A stretch of DNA of 64,000 nucleotides, from the NCBI GenBank assembly GCA_012295275.1, contig CM022678.1, positions 12,710,001 to 12,774,000 on the forward strand. The letters run 5' to 3'. The stretch is from Chrysomallon squamiferum (lineage: Eukaryota; Animalia; Mollusca). The notes below the pieces were generated by a model that worked only from the letters and a program-made list of their open reading frames with translations, ran no database searches and was not told where the DNA came from. Every line of letters begins with the position of its first letter. The stretch's first letter is position 1. Position numbers and translations under genes: made by a program. Shown here in pieces: positions 14,944 through 28,897 of this stretch.

Positions 14944-15477
14944 AAATACACATACCACAAACTAGTAATAACAACATGGGGCATTGGTTGGGTATAAAAT
15001 CGAGCCATGGAGTATATCTACTTAATCTTTCCAGAAAACTTGGAAATAAAAGACACACACACACACATACACACACGCACACCAGATACACATACACTGA
15101 ATTATTAAGCTCAATTCGATTGGCTGACAATAATTTGTTCATGTAAATAATAAAAACTGAAAAAAAAGAAGAAAAAAAACTTGATTAACCGGCTATAAAT
15201 AGTGTGTATGTGTGCGAGCGCGCGCGCGCGTTTGACATTTGTGAAATTAGCTGCTGAGGTTTAGTTTGTGTCATTAGCAATACAGGATCCTAATAGCACT
15301 TGCCCACATACTGAATAGTATATAGTAGGGTTTATTTACTGGCTAGAGTAAAAAGTGGTCTGATGTTGTTCATCAAGAGAAAGCAACGCACTGCATATTC
15401 CTCTCAGACAAGTAAAGAAGAAATATTTATACATGTACTGCCTTTGTTTAGCAACTACTACTCTAGTAAATAAACAA

Positions 15478-16411
15478 CTAAAACAAACAACAAACATAAA
15501 ATTCAGGTATCACACAACTTTCTCTGTTGTGCTGATGGGAGACATGAACAGCTGGTTCATCTTTCTGTGTAGCAACATTCTTTTCAGTCCCATCAGCTGA
15601 GAGAGGAATTATCTTTACACTTGGTTTAGCTGCACCATCTGACTGGCTGAGGTCAGGTCCAACATGTTCATCATTTCCATACAGTAGAGCCACATCAACG
15701 AGGTGGATATAAGTGTTCAGCCCAGCTTCATCATCAGGTCTAAGCAAGAAACAGTCTTCAAGCTTTTTCTTTATACCTGTGAGTTTTCAGCACACACTCT
15801 CTTTATCAATAAGACAACTTTATCTATCATGCAGTTCCTTCAGTCTATCATCCAATTCTTTCATACTATCATCCAGGTCCCTTTGTCTATCTATCTGTAT
15901 TATGTTCATTCTGTTTATCATCCTATATCTTCTTATTACCATCCATTTTCTATTTTTAGGACTATTATCAAGATTATTTTGAAATGACTGGTTCGAACTG
16001 ATCACGAAAACAGGAAATGTGTCTGATTATTTTCCACTTTCTGTTGGTGAAAGGTTTTGTCCTTTTGTCCTGTAGGTGCTACTGACCCACCAGCTAGAAA
16101 GATCTGGATAACAGTTGAGTTAGATGCATCAGTTGTGTTAAATCTGTCAGTTGATACAGGACTATGAATATCAGTGGGATTGCCAGTGTCAGGGCTGAAG
16201 GCAACGCTGAAATATCTGAGAGGGTTCAGAATGTCCATTAAGCTGACTGTGTTTTGACTGTGGCTGTCACTAGAATTCCCATGAGCCCTGGGAATAGCAC
16301 TGTTAAACTTAAAATCCAAGTCCAGGTTAAGAGGCTGTTTAGATTCAAGTCCATATCCTTTGTCTTTGATACCATCTTCCTGTTCAGTACCAGGTTTAGC
16401 AGTCTTGGCTT
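15478..16411 (-). pseudogene. Disrupted large exon of an unidentified protein (disordered plus coiled-coil)
   Basis: Acceptor ttattacag at 16413-16412 opens EAKTAKPGTEQEDGIKDK... After one frameshift near 16005, one frame runs to 15478 with two stops (15820-15822, 15787-15789) and includes RQRDLDDSMKELDDRLKELHDR. A phase-compatible donor G|GTAAGT lies at 16710. Confidence 0.55.
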
Positions 16412-17937
16412 CTGTAATAAATACATTGAAGTAAAGACAATGTACTGAAAGGAATTGCTTGTTTTCATGTTATGTAAAATGCTATGTTTTATCCAGTATA
16501 CTTTGTGTAAATATGTTATTAACCTTCCCTTGTAAAATGTAAACTTGTTTCTGTTGTTACTGTCTATTTGAACAGCACACTGAAATCTGTGTCCAGGACT
16601 GGTCTGAACAGTTTACATAGAGAGTTATCTTTCTTGGTTTAATCAACATTTCTTCTCTCTTCAGAGTGCTTTTCTTCCATATTTATCTATAAATAAATTT
16701 TCACACTTACCACCATCATCATCTTCATTTAATAAGAGTGTGTGGGCATTGTTTTGTGTGTTTATGTGTATTATGAAAATTAAATGTATGTATGTATATG
16801 TGTGCATATATGTGTCTATGTGTCTGTCTGTGTGTATGTGTGTGTGTGAGTGTGTGTTTAATGTTCTGAATCATTTTGTTTGTACCTTTCTGATTGGTCT
16901 GAAAAACATCTTTATCAGAAATATGAAATAAACCAATATGAAGAAAATGTTCATCTATTTCAGAAAAAGAAAAGAAATTAACAACAACAACAACAATAAT
17001 AAAATGAATAGTTATAATAGTAATAATAGCAACAACAACAACACTATAACAATAATTAAAAACACAATACTAATGAAATTATAGTTTTCAATCTGTATTT
17101 TTGCATTTAACGTTTTTTAGAAATATACTTTACTAAATCTAATTTGACACCCTTTTATTCACAGAAATAGTCTGTTCATGACCCCCGAGTTTTAACAGAT
17201 TTTGTTTCTCTTTTACGATTTGTTGTGTTTATTTCAATACGGTTAAAACTACAAAGTTTAATTCAGTGTAACAAAAGATAGGTCTACATAATTTGATAAA
17301 TCGTAAATTACTTAAAGTATCAGAGTATTAACCTGAATTCCGTATTTACAGTTCTGTTTTGTTTCATTCAGAAATACTTTAAAATGTATGAACCAACTGT
17401 TCGTTTGATGTTTCAGCTATAATACAAGAAAATAAACTACATAATTCTGAAATTGCATAATTCAGAGTTTTCATGTCTTGTTATGAGGATTAATTAGTAG
17501 TTTATTAATGACGAAAATTTGTAAGCAAACAGAAATAGGTAAATATTATACTTCAAAGAGATTTAAACAAAAGATATTAAATTAATTATCACTTTCAAAG
17601 TAAACTCTATTTGTTACATTCATAATAAAAATAAAAAAAACAAGAAAGAAAGTAAAATAAAGATAAGCATACCTTTTTTTAAGATAAAATATTCGATCGC
17701 CAATTCGCAGTAATATCACTGTTGCTATGAGTATAGCAAAATTTGATGACGTCATCACATGCTTCGCAAACTGTACTTCGGGACAGTTCGTTAATTTTAA
17801 CGAACCTTCAGCAATTTTTACAAGAAAAAGTTGTATTTTTTCTTTCTGTCAATTTTATATATTCCATAATTACGTTAAAACATTAATCAACTGATTAAAA
17901 GAAAGAAATAAAAAATTCAAACTGAAAAGAGTAATAA

Positions 17938-17994
<57 letters not shown>

Positions 17995-18614
17995 CACTAA
18001 CAATGGCAGAAATAATAAAACTTTCTGTAATATCGCTGACAAAATTTTAATAATTTGTGTGTTGTATTCAAACTTTTTATTCTGACATTCCATTCATAAT
18101 CGTCAGGTTCTAAATATTATAAACCTTAAACTAAATTTTCGTCCTCCTATTTTTCTATATAGATACTCTATTTGTATTATCGTATAATACTCTCATTAAT
18201 ACTATACTTCGGTAAATGAATCTTATGTACATCTTGGTCTGTATTTTTTGTGCATAAATTAATAAAATCAAGTTTTTTCTTCTTTGTTGTTATTTTGTTT
18301 TGAATATTAGGAAACATATTCGTGCATCAGTATTCTTTAGATACAAACAATCGTAAAGAAAAAACAAACACAAACAAACAAACATATGTAGCTTTATCTG
18401 TTGGTAAAACATCTGAAAGTCATCAGATCTTTATTTTTATTTTATTTTTTCAACCATAGCTTAAAAGGAAAATAAATAAATAAATAAATAAAATAAAATA
18501 AATTTAAAAAGTCAGAATAAAAAATATAAAACATAATTTGCTTGTCTCCCTTTATGTGAAATCAAAACTAAAATTAAATAACCGTCAATGCTTATTATTA
18601 TTATTTTTTATTTT

Positions 18615-18650
<36 letters not shown>

Positions 18651-18849
18651 CATTATTATTAGATTTCTTTAAAAAAAATGATGTTTTCAATGATTTTTTT
18701 TTAACATTTGTTTATTTTAATTATACAGGTTTCCGTGACATACGCGTTAAACGTCAGTTTTAGTGAAACTGTTCTGTATAAAGATGACACCTGTACACGT
18801 GTAATGAATAAGTGTTAAATAACATGTTGTTTTCTTTGTTTGTTTGCTG

Positions 18850-18907
<58 letters not shown>

Positions 18908-19218
18908 TACTTTACTTTTTTTTAATTATCAGTTATATTATGCATGGTGCTGTAAGAAATGTTAGTGTATTAAGAAGTGTATTAATTTGTACCAGTAACC
19001 TTCAAATAAAATTATTTTCTTTCTATTCATAGTATAATTATTAACTAGGGTTTCATTCTTCATTTTTCATTGTTTGTTTTAAAAGTATATTTAGCACGTA
19101 TCCACGGGCACAAGCTTGCTGGATACCTGTAATAAGTATTTTTACATCCATTTTCATACTAGAAATGGAGAAACCAAACATAAATCTTATCATTATCTAG
19201 ATAATTAATTTTTATTAC

Positions 19219-19260
<42 letters not shown>

Positions 19261-19595
19261 AATTCAGTTATTGATTTTTTTAAGAATCTTGTCTACTTTC
19301 AACTGATGATCAGTGTAAAACAGTATAATGTATTCACCTGTTCGGACTGACCCGTATAATATATTAATATAATAACCGTATTTTGGTTATTACGTCTAAT
19401 GTCAATTTGCATATTTAATAAACAATAAACTATTAATTCTAATAATATTCATGTGTGTGTATGTGTGTGTCATTTTAAAATCACTTTAATAATTATAATT
19501 AAATTAAAAAACCGGAACTGCATAATTTATACTATATGCCGTCGCCCACATACAGCTGAATTCATTATAAAATTTAGTTATTTGAACGAAGAGGA

Positions 19596-20920
19596 ATGTT
19601 GAAAGTGTTGTTAAAAGTGTTGTTATGCGTGTCTGCCGTGTCTCTGACTCTCGCCAAGCAACACGATGGTAAGTCCAGCCGACTGTTATTGACATGCGTG
19701 CAATTAAAACAAGTTTTAACAAGTCTGCATGCAGTTACGTCTAGGATTAATTTTATATTTGCCAATAGCGACATTTTAATAAGTTTGGTTAAAATAAATC
19801 GTGTGTTCCAATCTTTATATGACAGCTGTATTTGTATGTGCATTAATAAGCTACACAACTAAAGAATTTAGAAATAAGCTACAACTGACGAATTTAGGAA
19901 CAAGTTATAATTAGGGAATTCAGGAATATGCTAAGGTTTAGAGAACTAAACTATTAAGAAATAACTTTACAGTTCGGTACGTCAAAAACTAATAGTTTAT
20001 TTAATAATGAATAACTTGGCAGCTTAGGTAACAACAAATAATTTTATAATTTGGTCAGTAACAAATTACTTGATTGTTAGGTCAACAACAAATAACTTGA
20101 TTGCAAAGCCCCAAAGACTCAAGTACAATTCCTAGTACCGAGAAATATTATGAGAAATGAAAATATTTGGAATCTGTAAATACAGATGAAATATATAATA
20201 AACAGTTTTTTCGATTTAAATATAAATCAACCAAACTTATGGAGTCCCCCCATTTGGAGGCCCGGGGCCACTCCACTGCACGCCACAGGGAATAAGAAAT
20301 AATTTGATTGGTTAAAAATGTCATAATTTGTGGCAACCAACAAATAGTACATTTCGGGTCTAATGATTCAAATGTTAATGTTAATAGTTTCGTTTTCCGA
20401 AAGCAAACAATGGAATGTCTACTTTTGCAGCGCTTTAAACACTTTTAATTATAACAGCATATAAAATATTATTAGGGGACAGGCGAGAACATTAAATAAC
20501 ATATAAAGTAACAGAAGCACATACCATATCATTTCACTAAAAATATTCAGTAACAGGGTGGAACGGAAAAAACACAATGGACAATATGATGAGGATTGCG
20601 AATCAGCATATCTCGGATCAGTGTTTTAACGACAAGCTAATAAATAATCAAATTTACCAGTGATATAAATAATAATAAAAATAAAATAAATAAATAAAAT
20701 TGAAAGAAGTGGCTTAAGGGCGTTTTGTACTCATTTAAAGGTTGTTTGGAATATGTTAAAAGTAGTTAGGTCACATGATGTATATTCGTATATGTATTTT
20801 ATCATTTTCTGTTGTTGTTGTTTTGTTTGTTTATTGTTGGACTTATTTATGTTTTTGTTTTTTTATAATTTGTTTTACCCATCTTCCTCTTTATACTTTT
20901 GCCTGATCTTCTGAGAAACC

Positions 20921-20988
<68 letters not shown>

Positions 20989-21907
20989 ATTTACGTAAAC
21001 ATTAATTAATTAACTTGTAGGAGACAAATCTAAGAAGAGAGTCGAAGAACAGAGTATTGAAGGAGATTATAAATTAGCGGAATCTTATTTCTACGCGTAC
21101 AAACCTCATGACGTAAAAGATTCGCAGAACGTCCTGACGTAAGTATAAAATGTATCTTCTGACGTAAGTATAAAATGTATCTCCTGACGTAAGTATAAAA
21201 TGTATCTTCTGACGTACGTATAAAATGTATCTTCTGACGTACGTATAAAATGTATCTTCTGACGTAAGTATAAAATGTATCTTCTGACGTACGTATAAAA
21301 TGTATCTTCTGACGTAAGTATAAATTGTATCTTCTTGTATTGAGGAGGGAGAACTGGTATTTCAACGTATTACTCGTGTTTATAATTATTATGCATTATT
21401 AAATTAAAAAAAAAATAAAAATAACGAGAGAGAGAGAGAGAGAGAGATCGTAAATGTGTCTACATGTAAATAATACATATGTAGATGTATGGATTGATAG
21501 ATTTAAGCGAGGTAGAATTAATCTTGATTTTGTTATTATTCTGCTTTATTATAAAAACTGCCATACGAGAGAGAGCCTAAATAATAAGTACGGATTTTGA
21601 TGAATTGACAGTGCTAAGCAAGCGTAAACATTACCTTTTATATGAATACACATGCGTGGATCTATCTATATATCTGAATACAAGTGTATTTCTATGTCTG
21701 TCTGTCTGTTTGACTGAATGTAAATCTGTATGCCCGTATATTTATCTGATTAAAGACATGTTTGTTTTTATTAACAGAGGCGTAAGTAAGAAACGAAAGC
21801 TGGTACTGAAGAAAACTGACGCCAAAAGTTCTCTGTTTGAGATTTATTATCCCAAGAACGATTCTTCCGGAGCTGTTGTCTTCCGATTACGCTTCCATAT
21901 ATATTAA
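19596..21907 (+). CDS. Orphan small secreted protein / putative peptide precursor, 106 aa, 3 exons
   Basis: Exons 19596-19668 (ATG, signal-peptide-like, donor G|GTAAGT, phase 1), 21021-21138 (acceptor aacttgtag, donor AC|GTAAGT, phase 2) and 21778-21907 (acceptor ttattaacag, TAA) splice in frame to MLKVLLKVLLCVSAVSLTLAKQHDGDKSKKRVEEQSIEGDYKLAESYFYAYKPHDVKDSQNVLTGVSKKRKLVLKKTDAKSSLFEIYYPKNDSSGAVVFRLRFHIY. AATAAA follows near 21940. No family recognised. Confidence 0.65.
21133..21332 (+). repeat. Minisatellite, 8 x 25 bp (YCTGACGTAMGTATAAAATGTATCT)
   Basis: Units start at 21133, 21158, 21183, 21208, 21233, 21258, 21283 and 21308. Confidence 0.95.
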
Positions 21908-22277
21908 AATAATATAAGATTTATATTTTGAAAAATAATAATAAATTAATCAAATTACTATTCGATACTTATCTTTATGTTATATTATTATTAATGGCTT
22001 TAATAATAATAATAAAAAAAAAACAACAACATAAGTATATATATATATATAGATGTACTTGGTATCCACTTTGTTAAAAAAATGATATCCATTCTGTAAT
22101 ACGATATTGATGTTTGCAGAGTTTGGCTGACATTGTATCTCCCATTACTACGTACTGAATTATCATTTAGCTCCCTGCTTATGTTTGGTTTACAGGATCA
22201 AAATTCAGTGTGGACCTAATTACAGTTCCTCTACGCACCGGACTAGTGCTATTCGATTAGTATACCAAAGGCCGCAG

Positions 22278-22278
<1 letters not shown>

Positions 22279-22316
<38 letters not shown>

Positions 22317-22332
22317 CACTCACACACACACA

Positions 22333-22399
<67 letters not shown>

Positions 22400-22438
22400 T
22401 CACACACACACACACACTCACACACACACACACACACA

Positions 22439-22484
<46 letters not shown>
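22279..22484. repeat. Long (CA)n microsatellite
   Basis: About 200 bp of CA with sparse CT/CG interruptions. Other microsatellites include (TATC)n ~946-1030, (TTA/CTA)n ~8355-8560, (CT)n ~20923-20986, (GA)n ~28820-28892 and ~30916-30972, and (TA)n ~57235-57292. Confidence 0.95.
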
Positions 22485-22488
<4 letters not shown>

Positions 22489-23616
22489 TATAAACCCTCA
22501 AAACCGACCGTCAGTAAAGCTATGTATCTTTTTATTGATATTCTAGTATATAAATACAACATATAATTGTGCGTAGTAACACTAATGACTGTAACATAAA
22601 AATATCTACAAATGCTTAGATTAAGTAAGTTTAAAAATAAATAAGATAAAAATCCAGATATGTATTGATTTTGTTAATCCATTGCGTTTTGTCATGTGTA
22701 CCGACTAAAATAATTAAGATATCATCGAATATTTGTTCTCATTGTTTTAAACTTCACACAAAACGAAACAGATTTATCTGTCTAGAAATGTTGTCTTACA
22801 AAATAATCTTCCTTTACACAGCAATTATTCACATCTGATGAATAATACAATCATTATTAATAATTATTTATACCTAACTGTATTTTTTGTAATTGTATGT
22901 GTACAATTATCCACACAAAAAAAAAAAAATAGAATAAATGTTTAAAACAAAAATAAAGAAAAAGAAAAGAACAATAATAGAAATAATAAACAATGCAATA
23001 AATAATTTAAAATAAAATGAAATGATAATGAATAAAATTAATTTTTAAAATAATTCAGTATATTATGTTCAAATTAAAAAAAACACCATTTGACCTTTTT
23101 GAAAGAAAACATAAACCTTCTGCCATATGTTCAATTCTAATCTACATATACATACACAAGCAATATATTTATTAGAATAAAAAAAAAACACCCCAAAACC
23201 ACACTATAATAATTTAGTAATATTAAATATAAAAATAAATAAATAAAATAAAAACAAAATTATAATGATAATGAATAATAAAAATTAGTTTTTCAATGAA
23301 ATAATAATAATCAAAATACATCCTTTAGAGAATAAAATGATTGGTTGGAATGTGAAAAATAATATTATTAGCTGTCGGCTGTTACTATAAAGCAATGGTC
23401 ATCAATTTTTGTGTTGCTGTTGGGCATACTAATTTCTGTTTCATTTCTTTCATACTTTTTTACAAATACATGTTTTTTTACTTCTCAACTTTTTCTCATT
23501 TTTCAACACTAAACACTTCTGCAGTTTTCTTCTTTTTTTCAGTTTTTTTTTTTTACATTTGTTACTTTTAAATAATTTTATTTATTAATGTTATAAAATT
23601 TACTATTTACGTTTTA

Positions 23617-23808
23617 TTATAAATTGACATTGACTCGAATCATATCCTTTTGTAGTTCGTCTTGCTTTAAGAATGAGACAGATTCCCCTGACAAATGTTC
23701 TGAGTTGACTACAGTTAAAACTGATTTATTTACCGCTGGGGATTCTGAACAAGCCACAGCACAAAGATGATTAACAACCAGCCTGAAAATAACAAAAACA
23801 AAGAGAAA

Positions 23809-23841
<33 letters not shown>

Positions 23842-24601
23842 TACAATAATTAAAAAATATTTACGAAAAAAAAAAAAAAAAGAATATTAATAATAATAAA
23901 GAAATTTTTGAAAAGATATGAATAAATAAAAGTTATTATAAAAATTTTATAAATAAAAAATTGTGGTAAATGTGAAAATTATAACATATGATGTATTGTT
24001 AAAAACCCATAACATTATAATAATCCAAATGACAAACAAAGAAATGAAAATAAATAATATATATATATATATATCCCAAACAAATTCCATAAGAACAAAA
24101 ATACAAAATTAATATAAAATGGAAAAGATAAATAAAAACAGATATGTTGAAGCAAAACCAGATACAATCTAAAATATTTATTTACTTATTTATTTATTTA
24201 TTTATTTTTCTTACCAAATAGCATGGTTTGCTGTCAGTGGCATGTTATACACAGCAAGTGATAAAGTTGAGGTAATTATCTGTAAAAAAAAAAAAAAAAA
24301 AATTAAAATAACAAACAAACACACAAACTAACAACACAATAAAATAAAATAAAATAAAATAAAATAAATAAAACAAATAAATAAATAAATAAATAAATAA
24401 ATAAAATGATAATAATCAAATACATTCAAAAAGAAAGAAATAATCACAATAAAACAAGAAAGATGAAAACTAAAGAAATAAAGAAATAAATAAAATAAAT
24501 ATAATAAAGAATTTTTATAATAAACCAAAAAATTAAATAACAAAAACATTTTAATGAACAAATTATAAAAAAATAAATAAGAAAATAAATAGAAGTATTA
24601 A

Positions 24602-24632
<31 letters not shown>

Positions 24633-25848
24633 AAAATAAATAAATACAAATTTAGTAATAAACAAATAACAATAATAAAAATGTCATAAACATCTGCTCT
24701 GCAGTATTTCATGAAAGTTTTCAATATGTAAACATTTTTATTTTACATTTGACTTATTCTTACTTTAAGATAGTTTAAAGTAGTTCTCGTTACCTTGGAA
24801 ACCGATTCTATCATGTCCAGATCAGCTTCAGTAAAACTGTCATTTTCTTGTAGTCGGATGAATGAAAGACAAAGAAAAATTCCAAATACACCACTGAAAG
24901 AATAAACAGTGGAAATGAATAACAGAAGAATAATCGAAAGAATGAAATGAACAGATAGCTAGATAAACAATAGATAAATAAAATCTGAAAATAAATAAAA
25001 ATGGAAAATGGAAAAAAATAAAACCATAAAAGAATAAAAAATAAATTATAAATATATTAACAAATGACTGTTTGCACCATTTTTCAACTATATAATTATG
25101 TGTGTGTATGTACGTGTTTGTGTGAGTATGGGCATGTGTTTCAGATTTTACATATGCTTGTTTATACTTTTCATGCGAATAAGTAGCTATACAAATCAGT
25201 TTTTTTACAAATGTTTAGATTTTTACCTCAGCAAACATCCAATGTAAAACTTGGCAAAGAACAGAAAAGGAAATTTACTTGCTTCCAAAGCATCACCTGC
25301 AAACAAAAAACATTTTTATTACATCCGATTTCATTAAAACATTAAGAAGTATGTGCTTGAGCTTGTATTCATGTATACAGTCTTACTCACCTAGAAAATA
25401 GCTGCACGGTGCAAGAACAACAACACTGAAAATAAAGTAAGAGATCTGTAGTTTACATTCAAACATTACTGTTTACTGCTGTGTCACACACACACACACA
25501 CACATCAATACAAAATATAAACATGTACATATACAGCTACATATCAACAAATACTGTAAATATACACACACACATGCCACATAAAACACATCAACAACAC
25601 AATAAACAAATACATGCACAGTACATATGAAAGTTTATATACACAAACACAGACACATACACACACACACACACACACATACACACACACATTCAGACAC
25701 ATGCACACTCAACTATACACACACAAACATCAACAACACAGTTCAGACAAGCACAGAAGAACAAACACACTCACCACCCACACAAACACTCACCATACAC
25801 ACACAAACACTCACCACACACACACATAGAAACACTCACCACCACACA

Positions 25849-25890
<42 letters not shown>

Positions 25891-26178
25891 TACACACAGA
25901 AACAGACTCACCACACAAACACACAGAAACACTCACCACACAAACACACACGCGCACACACACACACAGACACACACACAAACATACACACAGGAACAGA
26001 CTCACCACACACACAGAAACACTCACCACACAAACACACACATGCATGCACACACACACACACACAAACATACACACAGAAACACTCACCACACAAACAC
26101 ACACACACACACACACTCTCACAAACTCACACACACACACACACAGAAACACTCACCACACAAACACATACACAAACT

Positions 26179-26212
<34 letters not shown>

Positions 26213-26959
26213 CACACATACTCACCACACACACACGCACACACACACACACACACACAGAAACACTCACCACACACACACACACACACACACACAGCTC
26301 ATTTCTACATGTTATTTTCTGCCTACCTATAAATGTACGAAGCATACAATCTTTCTGTAGAACTGGAAGGTAAATAAATAAATAAATAAAATATGTCAAA
26401 ATAAAATAAAATAAACACACAAACATTTTAAACCTGACAATTAAATTTGACGAACAAATAAATAACAAATAATTGTATTTTAAATGAATTAATGAATTCA
26501 AACTCAAATGTTTATATGAATTTTGGATAAAGTAAATCAATATTTTTAAATAAATAATAAATTATGTAAATAAATTTAACAGACTTTTGTTATGAATTAA
26601 TTAACGAAATATAGTGATAATAAAACTATTTGATGTTCAAAAAATAAAAGAAATGAATTATAGATTAAAAAAAAAAAAACAAACAAAAAAACAAAGATTT
26701 ATGTAAACTTCTGTAACTTAAAAATGGAATAAAATAATTTATATCAAAAAATATGTTTTTTTAATTTAACATAAAATTCCAGAATCACTGTTATATGATA
26801 TCAATGATGACAATGACATCAACATTTTTTTTTTTGATATTTATTTGGATAAAATAGATCAAAATTTGTATTAACAATGCATATAACTATAAAACAACTA
26901 TACATCTATAGTTTTACAAAAACACACATTTGTCTGTAATTAATATCTATCAATCCACA

Positions 26960-26995
<36 letters not shown>

Positions 26996-28798
26996 TATTA
27001 CAACAAAGTCACATAATGCTTACGTCAGTTTCAGCCGGTCTCTTACAAGTCTTGTATATATTTGGTGTAAACCTAAAAAAAATATAATTACTTAACTGTC
27101 TAGCAACAAGAAATAAAACAGAAATCAGTAATCCACTGATAAGTAAATGTAGAGTATATGATGGAAGTTTACTCAGCAGAATTTCATTTGACCCACTGAA
27201 GTAACTTAGACCAACACTACGAAACAGCCCAGATGCAGATTAATGGAGGGCTTACCAGTTGCAAGGAAACAGCCCCAGCTAAAAATAAAACAACAGAACT
27301 GATGTTGACAGGTGATGACACCTCTCATCCACCCAGTCTCAATATATGAGAGAAAAATGGTGACCAGCTGCTCAAACATTACACATCTCTCTCCACACCT
27401 AAAGCATAATGAACCCTATCACACCCCACCCCACATCAAACTGTGACTAATTAAAGTTTAACCTGTCTCTTACTATTAAATTTTAACCTGTCACTTACTA
27501 TTAAAGTTTAACCTGTCACTTACTATTAAAATTTAACCTGTCTCTTACTATTAAAATTTAACCTGTCACTTACTATTAAAGTTTAACCTGTCACTTACTA
27601 TTAAAGTTTAACCTGTCACTTACTATTAAAATTTAACCTGTCACTTACTATTAAAATTTAACCTGTCTCTTACTATTAAATTTTACATATTTTTCACTGT
27701 TCTAAAACACTCACCATTACTGACAATATGAACACACATCCAAAAATAGGCATCCTCATCAAACTAAAAATAATTAAAATCACCTTTATCAGCAATATTA
27801 GTTAACAAGATGAAGACAATAATAATGATAGTGATGATTATAATAATAACAATAATAAATAATAATGACAACAATAATAAAACAATTATCATAATTATAA
27901 TGGTTATAGTAATGATAATGACAATACATGTAATGTTTGTAATATTTTAATGATGATAATTATAACAGTTGTAATAAAATTATAATATTAATAATGGTAA
28001 CAACAATAACAATAATAAAGATAATAAGAATATCAGTAATTTACCTTCGGGTCAGTTCTAGCTATACAAACAGATGAAACTATTATCAACATCAACATGA
28101 CATATAGAAAACCTCCTGTTAACTGTTAAAACAAAAACTTTAAAAACTATTACTCATATAAATTAAAATATAATAACTATTACTCATATAAATTAAAATA
28201 TAATAAATATTACTGATATAAATTAAAATATACTAAAGTAAAATAACTATAACTGATATAAATTAAAATATACTGTAATAACTATTACTGATATAAATTA
28301 AAATATCATAATAATAAACATTACAAATATAAATTACTAATATATTATAATGTAATAAATATTACATGAAAATATTAACAACAAAAAAATAATGCACAAA
28401 AATATTCATAATCTAGAATAATGTATGATATGTAGAAAATATATTGTGAATCTATTAATTTTTTGTTTTTAATTAGTTTTGATATTTAATTACAGGTTTG
28501 GATTTTTAAGTTATTTTTTTTACTGTTAAAGTTTAGTTTCACCAGCATTTTTTTAACTTTGTAATGGCTTGAATTTGCACATTCGGACATGAGACAACAG
28601 TGTAATTAAATACAAACACACCTGTCGTGAAATTGCAATGTTTGCAGTGCATTTGAAAACCAGGACTATATTCTGCAGTGACAAAAACACAGGAATAGGC
28701 TGGAAAAAAGATTAACTGATTAAGGTTATATTCACAAGTGTTTAGTGAGATTATAAACAAATTATGGATATGACAGAGCAAGGTATACAAGAGACAAC

Positions 28799-28897
<99 letters not shown>

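Noticed and set aside
21133-21332. CRISPR-like array
   Set aside because: Head-to-tail repeats with no unique spacers, in eukaryotic DNA.
22196-22493. Alternative last exon for the secreted-protein gene (phase-compatible acceptor, IKIQCGPNY...)
   Set aside because: The frame runs straight into the (CA)n tract and there is no supporting homology. Unsupported without RNA data.
25614-26540. Long HT/CV-rich ORFs (up to 248 aa)
   Set aside because: Translations of a compound (CA)n repeat inside a TMEM241 intron.
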